A stretch of 64,000 nucleotides of DNA from Myxococcales bacterium (GCA_016707895.1 JADJGV010000034.1:565625-629624); one strand, 5' to 3'. Positions 11,551-23,559 are shown, counted from the stretch's first letter. Translations and numbers: made by a program. Notes: generated by a model from the sequence alone, not told the origin.

Positions 11551-12861
11551 GAGTACCTGCGTCACGACGACGCCGGCCGCGACCGCCGCGACGACCACCG
11601 CGACGATGATCCCGATCAGCAGGCCCTTGCCGCCGCGCTTGTCGTGGACGCCGGTGCGATCCGGCTCGAGCATGCCCGACAGCCCGTCGACCTCGGCCTT
11701 GGGCGGCGGCGCGACCCGGGCGCCGGTCGGCGCCACGCTCTGGCGCCGGCCGTCGGTCGACTCGAGCAGGTCGTTGGTCCACGACGACGTGTCGACGAAG
11801 TGGCTGGGGTCGAGGCTCTGGGAGCCCTGGCCGGCGGCGGCGGTCGGCTGCTCCTCCTCGCCGACCAGCGAGGTGAGGCGGTTGACCTCGTCGTTGATGA
11901 GCGCGTCGATCAGCGAGGCCTTGGGCTCGGCCGAGCGCTTGCGCATCATCTCGACCTGGGCGTCGCGCACCAGCTGGGCGATGTCGCGCGCGGTCACCTT
12001 CATGCGCCGCGAGAACAGGTACTGCGACAGCGCGTCGCCGAGGTCGGCGGCGTGGTGGTAGCGGTCCTCGGGGTCGCGGGCCAGCGCCTTGCGCACCACG
12101 CCCTCGAGCTCGGGCTCGACGTCGGGGTTGAGCGCCTGCAGCGATGGCACCCGGGCCTGCCGGACCTGCTCGACCGTCGCGTAGTCGGTGTCGCCGTAGA
12201 ACAGGCGCTTGCCGGTGAACAGCTCCCACAAGAGGATGCCGACCGCGAACACGTCGGCGCGGGCGTCGACCTCGAGGCCGCTGGCCGCCTCGGGCGACAG
12301 GTAGCTGAACTTGCCCTTCACCACGCCGGGGTCGGTCGACTCGATCTGGCTGTTGGCCTTGGCCAGGCCGAAGTCCACCAGCTTCACCTCGCCGTTCTTC
12401 GACAGCAGGATGTTCGGCGGCGAGATGTCGCGGTGGACGATGCCGAGCGGCTCGTTGGTCTCGGGGTGCTCGAGCTGGTGGGCGTACTGCAAGGCCTTGC
12501 AGCACTCGATCATCATGTAGATCGCGTGGGCGATCTCGATCTTCTTGCCCTTCTGCCGCTGCCGCTCGATCAGCCCCTTGAGGTTGCAGCCGTCGACGTA
12601 CTCCATCACGAGGAAGTACGCGTTGTCGGGCGTCTTCGAGATGTCGAAGACCTGGACGATGTTGGCGTGCTGCAGGAACAGCGACAGCCGCGCCTCGTCG
12701 AGGAACATGCTGACGAACTTCTGGTTCTTCGTCAGGTTCGGCAGGATGCGCTTGATCGCGACCGACTTCTTGAACCCCTCCATCGACTCGGCGACGCCGC
12801 GGAAGACCTCCGCCATGCCGCCGTGATCCAGGCGTTCGGTGATCGTGTATCGGTCGCGCAT
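11548..12861 (-). CDS. serine/threonine protein kinase with C-terminal TM anchor
   Basis: Hanks motifs: [31 protein letters not shown]. There is a C-terminal TM helix. Confidence 0.9.
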   Translation of the reverse strand: MRDRYTITERLDHGGMAEVFRGVAESMEGFKKSVAIKRILPNLTKNQKFVSMFLDEARLSLFLQHANIVQVFDISKTPDNAYFLVMEYVDGCNLKGLIERQRQKGKKIEIAHAIYMMIECCKALQYAHQLEHPETNEPLGIVHRDISPPNILLSKNGEVKLVDFGLAKANSQIESTDPGVVKGKFSYLSPEAASGLEVDARADVFAVGILLWELFTGKRLFYGDTDYATVEQVRQARVPSLQALNPDVEPELEGVVRKALARDPEDRYHHAADLGDALSQYLFSRRMKVTARDIAQLVRDAQVEMMRKRSAEPKASLIDALINDEVNRLTSLVGEEEQPTAAAGQGSQSLDPSHFVDTSSWTNDLLESTDGRRQSVAPTGARVAPPPKAEVDGLSGMLEPDRTGVHDKRGGKGLLIGIIVAVVVAAVAAGVVVTQVL

Positions 12862-12965
12862 CCGAGTGTCGAGACGAATGCTAGCAGACGATTCGGCTAC
12901 TTAGCAAACCGGTGCGATCCAGTTGAAACCCCCGCCGTCCAGGGGGCCACCAACCGAGCGTGCCC

Positions 12966-13340
12966 TCACCCCGCCGCCTCGTCGGACTCGACCTGCTCGC
13001 GGGCGGTCTTGCAGTCGAAGCACAGGGTGGTCATCGGGCGGGCCATGAGCCGGCGGAAGCCGATCGGCTCGCTGCACTCCTCGCACTCGTCGATCTCCCC
13101 CGCCTGGAGCCGCTTGATCGCGTCCTGGATCTTGCCGATCAGGAAGTTCTCGCGGTCGTGGAGCCGCAGCTGGGTGGAGTACAGCTCCTCCTCCATCGAC
13201 TCGTCCATCGAGTCCCGCCCGATGCGGTCGCGATCGCGGTCCATCGTGAAGCCGATCGCCGACTGGGCGTTGGCGACCAGGCGGCCCAGCTCGGCCTCGA
13301 GGCGCGTCCGCAGCTCTTCGCTCTCGGTTGCCGTCAGCAT
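12966..13340 (-). CDS. dksA: DksA/TraR-family C4-type zinc-finger transcription factor
   Basis: Coiled coil followed by a CxxC-N17-CxxC zinc finger (CEECSEPI...CFDC). Confidence 0.85.
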   Translation of the reverse strand: MLTATESEELRTRLEAELGRLVANAQSAIGFTMDRDRDRIGRDSMDESMEEELYSTQLRLHDRENFLIGKIQDAIKRLQAGEIDECEECSEPIGFRRLMARPMTTLCFDCKTAREQVESDEAAG

Positions 13341-13513
13341 GGCCCTAGTCTATGGACCGGCGCGCGCGGGCGTCAATCGCCCGGGGGCGCGCGCCGCGGG
13401 AGTGGGCTGGCGCCGTCGTGGAGGCCCTTGACGCGCGCGCGAAATGAACCTCCGGGCCTGGCCGTTCGTTCAACCAGCGAGCGGACGCGCCGCGCCCGCC
13501 GCCAGGAGTCTCC

Positions 13514-15841
13514 GTGACCTCCATTCGCCGCTACCAGCTCGCCTGCGCCGTCCTCGCCGCCTCCACCGTCGCCGCCCTGGCGTGGCCCCGCGCGACCGCG
13601 CCGGCCCCCGGGCGCGCCGCGCGGCCCGCCATCAAGGGGCGCGCCGCCGCCCAGGATCTGCGCCGCCCGCTGCGGGTGAGCGCCGCCGCGGTCGGCCTGT
13701 CGGAGCGCGAGCTGATCGAGAAGCTGCTCGCGGCGCGCACGCTGCAAGAGGTGCAGATCTACGCCGACAAGCTGGGCGCGGTCGGCACCGACGACGGCGT
13801 CGACGCGCTGGCGTCGTTGGCCGACGACCCGCGGATGGCGGTGCCCGAGGCCGCGATCGCGGCGATCGGCAAGATCGGCAGCGAGCGCGCGGTGGCCACG
13901 CTGGCCGAGCTGACCGACGACGCCCGCCCGCGCATCCGCGGCGCGGCGCTGACCGCGCTGGCCGACGCCGGCGGCGGCGCCGCCGCGGACATCCTGCTCG
14001 CGGTGGCCGCCGATCGCGGCGACCCGCTGCGCGCGACCGCGGTGTACGCGCTGGGCACGCTGGGCGGCGACACCGCCGCCGACGCGCTGGCCCGGATCGC
14101 CACCACCAGCGACATCGACACCGCGCAGGCCGCGGTCTACGCGCTGACCCAGATCCCCAGCGACCACGCCCAGCGGTTGCTGGCGGCGATGATCGACAGC
14201 GGCGACGCGCGCATCCGCACCCAGGCGCTGGCCAACCTGCGCCCGGTCGACGCGGCGACGGTGGCCAAGGTGGTGGCGCTGCTCGGCAGCGGCGACCCCG
14301 GCGTGGTGTCGTCGGCGGTCGCGGCGCTGGCCCGCACCGGCGACCCCGCGCACCTGCCGACGATCGTCGAGGTCGCCGCCCACGGGCCGCCCGGCGCGCG
14401 CTACGCGGCGGTGGCGGCGATCGGCGAGCTGGGCGGCCCCGCGGCGGTCAAGGCGCTCGGGAGCTTGCTCGCGAGCGGCGACCGCAACCTGGTCGGCACC
14501 GTGGCCCAGACGCTGGTCAACCTCGGCGACGACGAGGCCCGCAAGCTGCTGATCGCCGCCGCGCTGGCCGGCGGGCCGGCGTCGAGCCAGGTGATCGGCG
14601 CGCTGACCCAGCTGCGCAGCCCGGACGTCACCGAGGCGATGCGCGAGATCGCGCGCCACGGCAGCGCGGCCGACCGGCGCGCGGTGCTGCCGCAGCTGGT
14701 GAAGAGCGGCGATCCCGACGCGCTGGCGATCGCGATCGGCATGGCGACGTCGGGCAGCCGGCAGGACAAGGCCGAGGCGATCACGATGCTGGCCGGCGCC
14801 GGCGCGCCCGAGGCCAAGGGCGCGCTCCTGGCGATCGCCGAGGGCAGCCACGGCGCCACCCGCAGCCAGGCGCTCGACGCGCTGGCCAACTCCGATCCCA
14901 GCGACCCCGCGGTCGCGCAGCTCCTGGCCGACTCGCTGTTCTCGGGCCGCGCCGACGAGGCGCAGAGCGCGGCGTGGGTGCTGGGCCGGATCGGCACCGA
15001 CGACGCGCGCGAGGCGCTGGTGGCCGCGCTCAAGGACGACGATCTCACCGTCGCCAACGCGGCGATGAGCGCGCTCGGGCAGCTCGGCTCGCCGGCCGAC
15101 GTGCGCGCGGCGCTGGCCGACGTGGCGCGCACCGGCAAGCCCGAGCTGCGCGGCCAGGCGCTGGCCCAGCTGATGGGCACCGGCGCGCCCGAGGCGCTGG
15201 CGCTGGCCGAGCAGGCGCTGCGCGGCGATGATCCCGACCTGGCGCGCAACGTCGCCTACTCGCTGTCCAACCTGGGCGGCGCCGACGCCCAGCGCCTGCT
15301 CGCGGTGGCGGCGCGGTCGAGCGACCCGTCGGTGCGCGCGGCCTCGGTGGGCGCGCTGGTGCAGGCCGGCGACGACGCCGCGACCGACGCGCTCTTGACG
15401 CTGACCCGCGACAGCGATCCGTCGGTGAAGGCCCAGGCGCTGGCGTCGCTGGGCCAGGTCGGCTCGGCGCGCGCGGTCGACGCGCTGGTGTCGGCGGCCG
15501 GCGGCGGCGCGGCCGAGGATCGCATCGCCGCGCTGCAGGGCCTGGGCAACGTCGACGACCCGCGGGCGTCGGCGACGCTGGCCCGCGCCATCGAGGAGCG
15601 CGACGACGGCGTCGCCACCGCGGCGATCTGGGCCGCGTACAACGGCGGCGACGACGTCGACCAGGCGCTGCTGCGCGCGTTCACCAACCCGGCGGCGTCC
15701 GACGCGATCCGCAACGCCGCCGGCCAGCAGATCCGGTCGCGCGGCCTCGACGTCGACGACGCCACCCGCGCCAAGCTCGACGCGCTGCTCGGCCCGGGCG
15801 GCTACGGCGGCTACGGCTACGGCGGGTACGGCGGCGAGTAG
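13514..15841 (+). CDS. HEAT (PBS-lyase type) repeat protein, secreted, Gly/Tyr-rich C-terminus
   Basis: More than 15 E-Z type HEAT repeats (..A..ALG.IG...A...L..LL.D.D..VR..A..AL). It has a signal peptide and ends GGYGGYGYGGYGGE. Confidence 0.8.
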   Translation: MTSIRRYQLACAVLAASTVAALAWPRATAPAPGRAARPAIKGRAAAQDLRRPLRVSAAAVGLSERELIEKLLAARTLQEVQIYADKLGAVGTDDGVDALASLADDPRMAVPEAAIAAIGKIGSERAVATLAELTDDARPRIRGAALTALADAGGGAAADILLAVAADRGDPLRATAVYALGTLGGDTAADALARIATTSDIDTAQAAVYALTQIPSDHAQRLLAAMIDSGDARIRTQALANLRPVDAATVAKVVALLGSGDPGVVSSAVAALARTGDPAHLPTIVEVAAHGPPGARYAAVAAIGELGGPAAVKALGSLLASGDRNLVGTVAQTLVNLGDDEARKLLIAAALAGGPASSQVIGALTQLRSPDVTEAMREIARHGSAADRRAVLPQLVKSGDPDALAIAIGMATSGSRQDKAEAITMLAGAGAPEAKGALLAIAEGSHGATRSQALDALANSDPSDPAVAQLLADSLFSGRADEAQSAAWVLGRIGTDDAREALVAALKDDDLTVANAAMSALGQLGSPADVRAALADVARTGKPELRGQALAQLMGTGAPEALALAEQALRGDDPDLARNVAYSLSNLGGADAQRLLAVAARSSDPSVRAASVGALVQAGDDAATDALLTLTRDSDPSVKAQALASLGQVGSARAVDALVSAAGGGAAEDRIAALQGLGNVDDPRASATLARAIEERDDGVATAAIWAAYNGGDDVDQALLRAFTNPAASDAIRNAAGQQIRSRGLDVDDATRAKLDALLGPGGYGGYGYGGYGGE

Positions 15842-15845
15842 CTGG

Positions 15846-16259
15846 TCACTCGTCGTCGGCGTCGAGCTCGTCGACCTCGTCGGTCACCGCCGCGGCGTGC
15901 GGGAACAGCGGCCCGCGCGCCTCGCGGTTCACCAGGCCCAGGCCCGCGCAGCCGCGCGCGGCCGCCGGATCCGGCGCGCCGCTCACGCAGGTCCTCGCCA
16001 GCGGCCCCAGCCCCGGCCGCTGGCACAGATCGATCACCTCCACCGCGAACCGCAGCACCTCGCCCTGCTGCGCCGCCGGCGCGCCCGCCACCCACCGCTC
16101 CGCCGCCCGCGCCACCGCCCGACACCCGTTGTCCTTCGCCGGCGCCGCCGCCCGCCCCCCGCACCCCGCGAGCAGCACGGCGATCGCGATGCCTCGTCGA
16201 ACGGCCACGAACCTGATCCGGCGTTGACGCAACGAATCTCGCTCGAACCTCGCGCGCAT
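15846..16259 (-). CDS. lipoprotein (Cys-rich)
   Basis: LLAGC lipobox and an acidic C-terminal tail. Confidence 0.45.
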   Translation of the reverse strand: MRARFERDSLRQRRIRFVAVRRGIAIAVLLAGCGGRAAAPAKDNGCRAVARAAERWVAGAPAAQQGEVLRFAVEVIDLCQRPGLGPLARTCVSGAPDPAAARGCAGLGLVNREARGPLFPHAAAVTDEVDELDADDE

Positions 16260-16322
16260 CGATCAACCTGCCGTGCCCACGCTCCGGGCCGTTTTGGGAG
16301 GGGGCCCCGGCGAATGCCGGGG

Positions 16323-16345
16323 GAGGGTCTTTGCGAAAGACCCTC
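16323..16345. terminator. conserved hairpin GAGGGTCTTTGCGAAAGACCCTC (hairpin family A), downstream of clpX
   Basis: Perfect 10-bp stem. Near-identical copies lie at 22846-22868 and 35863-35887. Confidence 0.6.
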
Positions 16346-16357
16346 GTCTCAATACGC

Positions 16358-17566
<1,209 letters not shown>

Positions 17567-17617
17567 CCGGGTCCGATTCTTACATGCCTTCCGCCGACGG
17601 CAACAGGGGTTGTGGCT

Positions 17618-17636
17618 CTTGACGCGCCGGGTCAAG
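17618..17636. promoter_or_regulatory. palindrome CTTGAC-N7-GTCAAG in the clpX / response-regulator divergent intergenic region
   Basis: Perfect 6-bp arms. Each arm resembles a -35 TTGAC element. Confidence 0.35.
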
Positions 17637-17655
17637 CAGGTGATCACTTGCTCCC

Positions 17656-18351
17656 GTGCGTGCGCTGGTGATCTGCGCCGAGCCGGCGACGAGTCGCGAC
17701 GACCGGGCTTCATTGGCGGCCGCGTTGGCCGATCTCGGCAGCCCGGTGACGTTGGCGAGGTTCGATCTGGGCGATCTCGACACCGCCGCGCTCGCGGCCG
17801 CGCCACCGACGGTGATCGTGATCGATGCTGGCGACGAGCTGGCGCGGGCGCTGCGCACGGTGAAGAAGGTTCGGAGCGGCGGCGCCCTGGCCGAGGTGCC
17901 GATCCTGGTGGCGCTGCCGGTGGCCCGGCTGCCCGGGCTGGACGTCTCGGCGGGCTTCGACGACTTCGTGCTCACCCCGCTCGTCCCCGCCGAACTGTAC
18001 GCGCGGGTACGCCAGCTCGACTGGCGGGCCGCCGCCTTCGACTCCGACGAGCTGGTGAAGATCGACGACCTGGTGATCGACCTGGCCGGCCACGAGGCCC
18101 GGCTGGCCGGGCGCGGGCTCGGCCTGACCCACCAGGAGTTCGAGCTGCTGGCCTACCTGGCCCAGCACCGCGGGCGGGCGTTCACGCGCGATCAGCTCCT
18201 CGAGACGGTCTGGGGCTACACGTACACCGGGGGCACGCGCACCGTCGACATCCATGTGCGCCGGCTGCGCGCCAAGCTCGGCCCCAGCGCCGGCGACCTG
18301 ATCGAGACGGTCCGCAACCTCGGCTACAAGATGCGGTCCCGCGGCCGCTGA
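17656..18351 (+). CDS. OmpR-family winged-helix response regulator with degenerate receiver
   Basis: C-terminal trans_reg_C (LT.QEFELL..LA...GR.F.R..LL..VWG). The N-terminal receiver lacks the acidic pocket (LVICAEPA). Confidence 0.8.
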   Translation: MRALVICAEPATSRDDRASLAAALADLGSPVTLARFDLGDLDTAALAAAPPTVIVIDAGDELARALRTVKKVRSGGALAEVPILVALPVARLPGLDVSAGFDDFVLTPLVPAELYARVRQLDWRAAAFDSDELVKIDDLVIDLAGHEARLAGRGLGLTHQEFELLAYLAQHRGRAFTRDQLLETVWGYTYTGGTRTVDIHVRRLRAKLGPSAGDLIETVRNLGYKMRSRGR

Positions 18352-18418
18352 CCGCGCGGCCGGCGCCGACACGTATTACTATCGGCGCGATGACGACACC
18401 CGCTGCCGCGGAGCTGCC

Positions 18419-19615
18419 GTGAGGGCGTCGATCGTGGCCGCGGTGTCGACCCACGTCGGCAACGTGCGCGATCACAACGAGGACGCGCACCTGGTCGCCG
18501 CCGACGACGGCATCTTCATCGTCTGCGACGGCATGGGCGGCCACGCCGCCGGCGAGGTGGCCTCGGCGCTCGGCGTGCGGGTGACCCGCGAGCACTGGCT
18601 GGGGCCGGCGGTGCAGCGGGCCGCGGCGGCGTGGCTGGCCTCGGGCACGCTCGACAACCGCCGCGCGTTCCTGTCGGCGGTGAAGGGCGGCGTGATGGCG
18701 GCGCACCGCACGATCTGCGAGCAGGCGGCGGCCGACACCGGCAAGCAGGGCATGGGCACGACGTTCACCGGCTGCGTGGTGGCCGGCGGCGACGCGGTGA
18801 TCGCCCACGCCGGCGACTCGCGCGCGTACCTGGTGCGCGGCGGCATCGCGATGCAGCTGACCGAGGATCACACGCTCCTGGCCCGGCTGCTGGCCTCGGG
18901 CATGCCGATCTCCGAGGGCGCGTCGAGCGCGCGGTGGAAGGGCGTCATCACCAACGCGCTCGGCTTCGGCGACGACACCAAGGTGGTGACGTTCCTGGTG
19001 CCGCTGTCGGACGGCGATCGCCTGCTGCTCTGCTCCGACGGCATCAGCGAGTACGTCGGCGAGGCCGAGGTCGGGCAGGTGCTGGTGGCGATGCCCAGCC
19101 CCGCGCGCGCGGCGCAGCGGCTGGTCGAGCTGGCGCTCGAGCGCGGCGGCGAGGACAACGCGACCGCGCTGGTGATCAAGGTGGTCGAGGTCGGCGAGAC
19201 GCCGATCCCGGCGGCCCAGCGCCAGCTCGACGCCGACACGCTGGCGCGCTGCCCGCTGTTCGAGCCGCTGTCGCCGCAGCAGCGGCTGCGCGCCGCGCGG
19301 ATCGCGGTCAACCGCGACGTCTCGGCCGGCGAGGTGCTGCCCGAGGCGGCGCTCGGCAGCCGGGTGGCGTGGGTGCTGCTCGCCGGCGAGGCGGTGGTCG
19401 GCGGCGTCACCGTCGGCCCCGGCACCTTGCTCTACCCCGAGGCCCTGCTCGGCCAGGGCAGCCCGCGGCGCGCCGACGCACTGGCGGTCGCCGTCGACGA
19501 CGTCCGGGTGCTGGCGATCCGCGGCGACGACTTCGCCGAGCTGGCCGGCGAGGACGCCGACCTCGCCGAGCCGATGTACGCCGCGCTGGCCCGGCTGGTC
19601 GCGCCGCCGGCGTAG
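18419..19615 (+). CDS. PP2C-family Ser/Thr phosphatase fused to cyclic-nucleotide-binding domain
   Basis: PP2C motifs DGMGGH and DNAT, followed by a cNMP-binding-like C-terminal domain. Confidence 0.85.
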   Translation: MRASIVAAVSTHVGNVRDHNEDAHLVAADDGIFIVCDGMGGHAAGEVASALGVRVTREHWLGPAVQRAAAAWLASGTLDNRRAFLSAVKGGVMAAHRTICEQAAADTGKQGMGTTFTGCVVAGGDAVIAHAGDSRAYLVRGGIAMQLTEDHTLLARLLASGMPISEGASSARWKGVITNALGFGDDTKVVTFLVPLSDGDRLLLCSDGISEYVGEAEVGQVLVAMPSPARAAQRLVELALERGGEDNATALVIKVVEVGETPIPAAQRQLDADTLARCPLFEPLSPQQRLRAARIAVNRDVSAGEVLPEAALGSRVAWVLLAGEAVVGGVTVGPGTLLYPEALLGQGSPRRADALAVAVDDVRVLAIRGDDFAELAGEDADLAEPMYAALARLVAPPA

Positions 19616-19618
19616 ACG

Positions 19619-20452
19619 CTACGGGCGCTGGTAGTCGACCAGATCGATCGTCACGTCGCCCAGCTCGGTGCCGGCGACGATGCGGAACGGCACCCGGTCG
19701 GCGTCGTCGGACATCCACACCGAGAACGTGCGCGGCGGCCGGTTGCTGTCGACCGTGAGGTTGGCGAATGCGCGGCTGGCGACGCCGTCGATGCGCAGCG
19801 CCGCCTGGTTGCCGCCGTAGGTGCCGATGACCTCGGTGCGGCCCATCGTCAGCTCGACCTTCCAGATCCGGCGGCCGCCGAGCACCCACATCGTGCGCTG
19901 GGCGCCGGCCGCGGCCTGCCACACCCGCATCGTCGCCATCGCGCTGTGGGCGTCGTGGGCGACCGCCGCGCCGAAGTCGTAGACCAGGTGCTGCGGCGGG
20001 CCGTCGTTGGGGCGGAAGTCGATCTCGGCCTTGGCGCCGGTGAAGCGGGTCTCGGCGGCGTAGTCGCGCGGGTTGGCGCGGACCGCCGAGGTGGTGGACA
20101 GCGGCCGCAGCGCCCCGACGTCGAGCACGGTGGTGGCCTCGTCGCGGACGTCCTTGACCAGCGCCAGCGCGCCGGCCGAGCGGATGCTCGAGGTCAGCGT
20201 CGCGGTCTGGGCCGGGCCCTGCTGCGCCAGCGCCACCGTCGAGAACGTGGCCTCGCCGGCCAGCACGCCGGCCACCCGCACCTCGAACCGCATCTGCTCG
20301 CCGGCGTGGATCGCGACCAGCGGGTCGGCGGGCACCTCGGTGGCCGCGGCGCCGACCTCGGGCGGCCCGCTGGGATCGGCCAGCTCGCCGAGGCCGCCGC
20401 CGCACGCGGTGGCGGCGGCGAACAGCAGGGCGGCGGCGCGGCGCATGTCCAT
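19619..20452 (-). CDS. DUF3108-like lipoprotein
   Basis: Signal peptide with a cysteine (AAATAC). Start at the internal ATG 20452. Confidence 0.6.
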   Translation of the reverse strand: MDMRRAAALLFAAATACGGGLGELADPSGPPEVGAAATEVPADPLVAIHAGEQMRFEVRVAGVLAGEATFSTVALAQQGPAQTATLTSSIRSAGALALVKDVRDEATTVLDVGALRPLSTTSAVRANPRDYAAETRFTGAKAEIDFRPNDGPPQHLVYDFGAAVAHDAHSAMATMRVWQAAAGAQRTMWVLGGRRIWKVELTMGRTEVIGTYGGNQAALRIDGVASRAFANLTVDSNRPPRTFSVWMSDDADRVPFRIVAGTELGDVTIDLVDYQRP

Positions 20453-20517
20453 AGCTTGATCGACGTTGGGCCGGCGCACCATGTTCAAACGCCGGCGCCG
20501 CGGTATCGTGACCGACG

Positions 20518-21468
20518 ATGGCGATCGGGATCACGCTCGGCGATCCGGCGGGCATCGGCCCCGAGGTGGTGGCGGCGGCCCTGGCCGCCGCCCCAGCCGC
20601 GCTGCGGGAGCAGGCGATCGTCTTCGGCGATCCCGAGGTGCTGGCCCGCGGCGCCCGGGCCATGGGGGTCTCGGTCGCCGTGCGGTGCGAGGGCGCGCCG
20701 TGTCCGGGCGCGGTGCCGGGGCAGCCCGACGCGCACACCGGCGCGGCGCAGGTGACGTGGCTCGAGGCCGCGATCGCCGCCGCGCAGGCCGGGCGGGTCG
20801 ACGCGCTGGTCACCGCGCCGATCTCCAAGACCTGGGCCAAGCGCGCCGGCTTCGCGTTCCCGGGGCACACCGAGCTCCTGGCCGCGCGGTTCGGCGTCGC
20901 CGAGGTGGCGATGACCTTCGTCGGGCCGCGGCTGGTGGTCGCGCTGGCCACGGTGCACGTGCCGCTGGCCACCGTGCCCGGCGCGCTCACCGTCCCGCGG
21001 ATCGTCGCCACCGGGACGCTCCTGGCCGAGGCCCTGGCCCGCGACCTGGGCCGCCCGGCGCCGGTCCGGCTGGGCGTGGTCGGCCTCAACCCCCACGCCG
21101 GCGAGGGCGGTCTGCTCGGCGACGACGAGGGCCGGGTGATCGCGCCGGCGGTCGCCGCGCTGGCCGCCGCGCTGGGCGACCGCGCGATCGTCAGCGGGCC
21201 GCTGGTCCCCGACGCCGCGTTCCGCGACGCCGTCGACGGGCGCTACCACGGGCTGGTCGCGATGTACCACGACCAGGCGTTGATCCCGGTGAAGCTCGTC
21301 GACTTCGAGCACGCCGTCAACGTGACGCTCGGGCTGCCGATCGTCCGCACCTCGCCCGACCACGGCACCGCGTACGATCTGGCGGGCACCGGCCGGGCGC
21401 GGCCGGCGTCGACGCTGGCCGCGCTCGAGCTGGCCGCGGCGATGCGCGCGGCGCGGGGCGGGCGGTGA
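20518..21468 (+). CDS. pdxA: 4-hydroxythreonine-4-phosphate dehydrogenase PdxA
   Basis: Full-length PdxA similarity (GDPAGIGPE...PISK...GHTE...HGTA.D.AG). Confidence 0.9.
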   Translation: MAIGITLGDPAGIGPEVVAAALAAAPAALREQAIVFGDPEVLARGARAMGVSVAVRCEGAPCPGAVPGQPDAHTGAAQVTWLEAAIAAAQAGRVDALVTAPISKTWAKRAGFAFPGHTELLAARFGVAEVAMTFVGPRLVVALATVHVPLATVPGALTVPRIVATGTLLAEALARDLGRPAPVRLGVVGLNPHAGEGGLLGDDEGRVIAPAVAALAAALGDRAIVSGPLVPDAAFRDAVDGRYHGLVAMYHDQALIPVKLVDFEHAVNVTLGLPIVRTSPDHGTAYDLAGTGRARPASTLAALELAAAMRAARGGR

Positions 21469-22793
21469 ATCGCGCGACGCTGGCGCTGACGCTGACGCTG
21501 GCGGCGTCGACCGCGCTCGCCGCGCCGCCGCCGACGACCACGGCGCCCGCCGCGCCCGCCGCGCCCACCGCGCCCACGCCGACCACGCTCGGCTGGCCCG
21601 CCGACACCACCGCCGTCAGCGTCACGCGCACCAGCCACGTGCGCGTGGCCCCCGACGCCAAGGCCGCGCCGCTCGGCAAGATCGTCGCCGGCACCCGGGT
21701 CGCGTGGACCGCGCTGGTCGCCGGCGATCGGCGCTGTCCGGTCTGGGTCGCCATCGCGCCGGCCGGCTACCTGTGCGCCGACGTGCTGACCCCGACGACC
21801 GAGCCGCCCGGCGGCGTCGCGCAGCCGCCGCTGGCGCCGGGCGCGCTCTTGCCGGGCGACTACTTCGACGTGGTGGCCGACGACACGCCGGCCTACCGCG
21901 ACGCCACGGCGCTCGAGCGAGACGACCCGCCGATCCTGCTGTCGACCCACGTCATGGTGCGCGGGCGCGGCGAGGTCGAGGTCGGCGGCATGGACTACGT
22001 GCGCACCAACAAGGGCCTGGTGCCGGCGTCCGAGCTGCGGCCGCTGGCGCCCTCGGGGTTCGTCGGCCTCGATCTGCGCGCGGCGCCGGCGCCGTGGCCG
22101 ATGGCGTTCGTCGCGCCCGATCACCCGGCGGTCGTGCGCGCGGCGCCGGCGCGCGACGCGGCGGTGCTCGAGCAGCGCCCGGCGCGCGCGGTGGTGTGGG
22201 TGAAGCAGCGGGCCGGCGACTGGATCGAGATCGCCGCCGGCGCGTGGGTGCGCGCCCGCGAGCTGCGGCCGGTGATCGCTGCACCGCCGCCGGCCGGCCT
22301 GGCCGCCGACGCGCCGTGGATCGACATCGACCTCGAGCACCAGACGCTGGTCGCCTACCAGGGCGCGCGGCCGGTGTACGTGACGCTGGTGTCGACCGGG
22401 CGCAAGGCCGGCACCACGCCGGTCGGCGTGTACCGCGTCGTCGCCAAGGCCGCGACCACCGGCATGGCCGCCGAGGCCGACGAGCGCAACCAGTACGACG
22501 TCGGCGAGGTGCCGTGGGCGCTGCGCTGGAAGCGCGGCCTCTACCTGCACGCCGCGTACTGGCACGATCGCTTCGGCGACAAGAAGAGCCACGGCTGCGT
22601 CAACCTCGCGCCGCGCGACGCCCGCGCCCTCTACGAGTGGGCCACGCCGGCCTTGCCGCCCGGCTGGTCCGAGGTCGAGGTGCCCCTCGATCAGGCGCTG
22701 GTCGTGCGCATCCGCGACGCCGCCCACCCCGACCCGCCGTGGTTCGACTACGCCACGGAGCGCCCCGCGAAGAAGGCCCGCCGAAAGCGGTAG
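21465..22793 (+). CDS. L,D-transpeptidase (YkuD domain) with signal peptide
   Basis: GTG overlaps the pdxA stop. The catalytic motif is HGCVNL. Confidence 0.8.
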   Translation: MNRATLALTLTLAASTALAAPPPTTTAPAAPAAPTAPTPTTLGWPADTTAVSVTRTSHVRVAPDAKAAPLGKIVAGTRVAWTALVAGDRRCPVWVAIAPAGYLCADVLTPTTEPPGGVAQPPLAPGALLPGDYFDVVADDTPAYRDATALERDDPPILLSTHVMVRGRGEVEVGGMDYVRTNKGLVPASELRPLAPSGFVGLDLRAAPAPWPMAFVAPDHPAVVRAAPARDAAVLEQRPARAVVWVKQRAGDWIEIAAGAWVRARELRPVIAAPPPAGLAADAPWIDIDLEHQTLVAYQGARPVYVTLVSTGRKAGTTPVGVYRVVAKAATTGMAAEADERNQYDVGEVPWALRWKRGLYLHAAYWHDRFGDKKSHGCVNLAPRDARALYEWATPALPPGWSEVEVPLDQALVVRIRDAAHPDPPWFDYATERPAKKARRKR

Positions 22794-22845
22794 CCGCAAG
22801 CGGAGCCGGAGCCGTGGCCGCGGATCCGTGGCCGCTCTTGTGGGG

Positions 22846-22868
22846 GAGGGGCTTTGCGAAAGCCTCTC
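22846..22868. terminator. conserved hairpin (family A) between convergent L,D-transpeptidase and crp genes
   Basis: GAGGGGCTTTGCGAAAGCCTCTC. Confidence 0.55.
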
Positions 22869-22869
22869 T

Positions 22870-23559
22870 CTAGAACAGCGCGCGCAGCGCCGTCAGGTCC
22901 GACAGGATCACCTTGCGGCCATCGGTGACGATCAGCCGGCGCCGCTTGAACTGCGACAGCGTCAGCGACACGGTCTCGCGGGTCGAGCCGATCAGGTTGG
23001 CCAGCTCCTGGTGGGTGATCTTCATCGCCACCAGCTTGCCGCGGACGTCGTCGACGCCGTACTCGTCGGCCAGCTTGATCAGCTGCTCGGCCAGCTTGGC
23101 CGACACGTCGCGGAACACCAGCGCCTCGAGCTTGTTCTCGAGATCGTGACGGCGGGCGATGACCGCGCGTGCCACCGCGATGGCGAGCGGCGCGCTGGTC
23201 GTGAGGATGCGCTCGAAGTCGCCCTTGTCGACCTCGGCCAAGAGCGCGTTCTCGACGGCCTCGGCCATCTCGGTGCGCGCGGCGATGCCGACCAGGCAGG
23301 TCTCGCCGAACATGTCGCCGGGCCCGCAGTAGCCGAGCGTCAGCGACTTGCCGTCGCGCGTCACCTTGCAGATCTTCAAGCGCCCGCCGCACACGAAGTA
23401 CAGCGAGCGGCTGGGGTCACCTGGCAGATACACCACGTCCCGCCGCCGGACCTCCCGCAGCTCGACCTTCTCGGACAGCCGCGCCAGCACGTCGGGACCG
23501 GCCTCGGCCAGGACCGCTACCTTCTTCAGGTACCAAAGCGTCCGCTTGGGGTCGGTCAC
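22870..23559 (-). CDS. Crp/Fnr-family transcriptional regulator
   Basis: cNMP-binding domain plus a C-terminal HTH (RETVSLTLSQFKRRRLI). Likely GTG start at 23559, which overlaps the upstream gene's stop. Confidence 0.85.
   Translation of the reverse strand: MTDPKRTLWYLKKVAVLAEAGPDVLARLSEKVELREVRRRDVVYLPGDPSRSLYFVCGGRLKICKVTRDGKSLTLGYCGPGDMFGETCLVGIAARTEMAEAVENALLAEVDKGDFERILTTSAPLAIAVARAVIARRHDLENKLEALVFRDVSAKLAEQLIKLADEYGVDDVRGKLVAMKITHQELANLIGSTRETVSLTLSQFKRRRLIVTDGRKVILSDLTALRALF

Noticed and set aside
9134-11551. 805-aa ORF on + strand
   Set aside because: An alternative frame of the TPR gene, nothing but Arg/Gly/Pro repeats.
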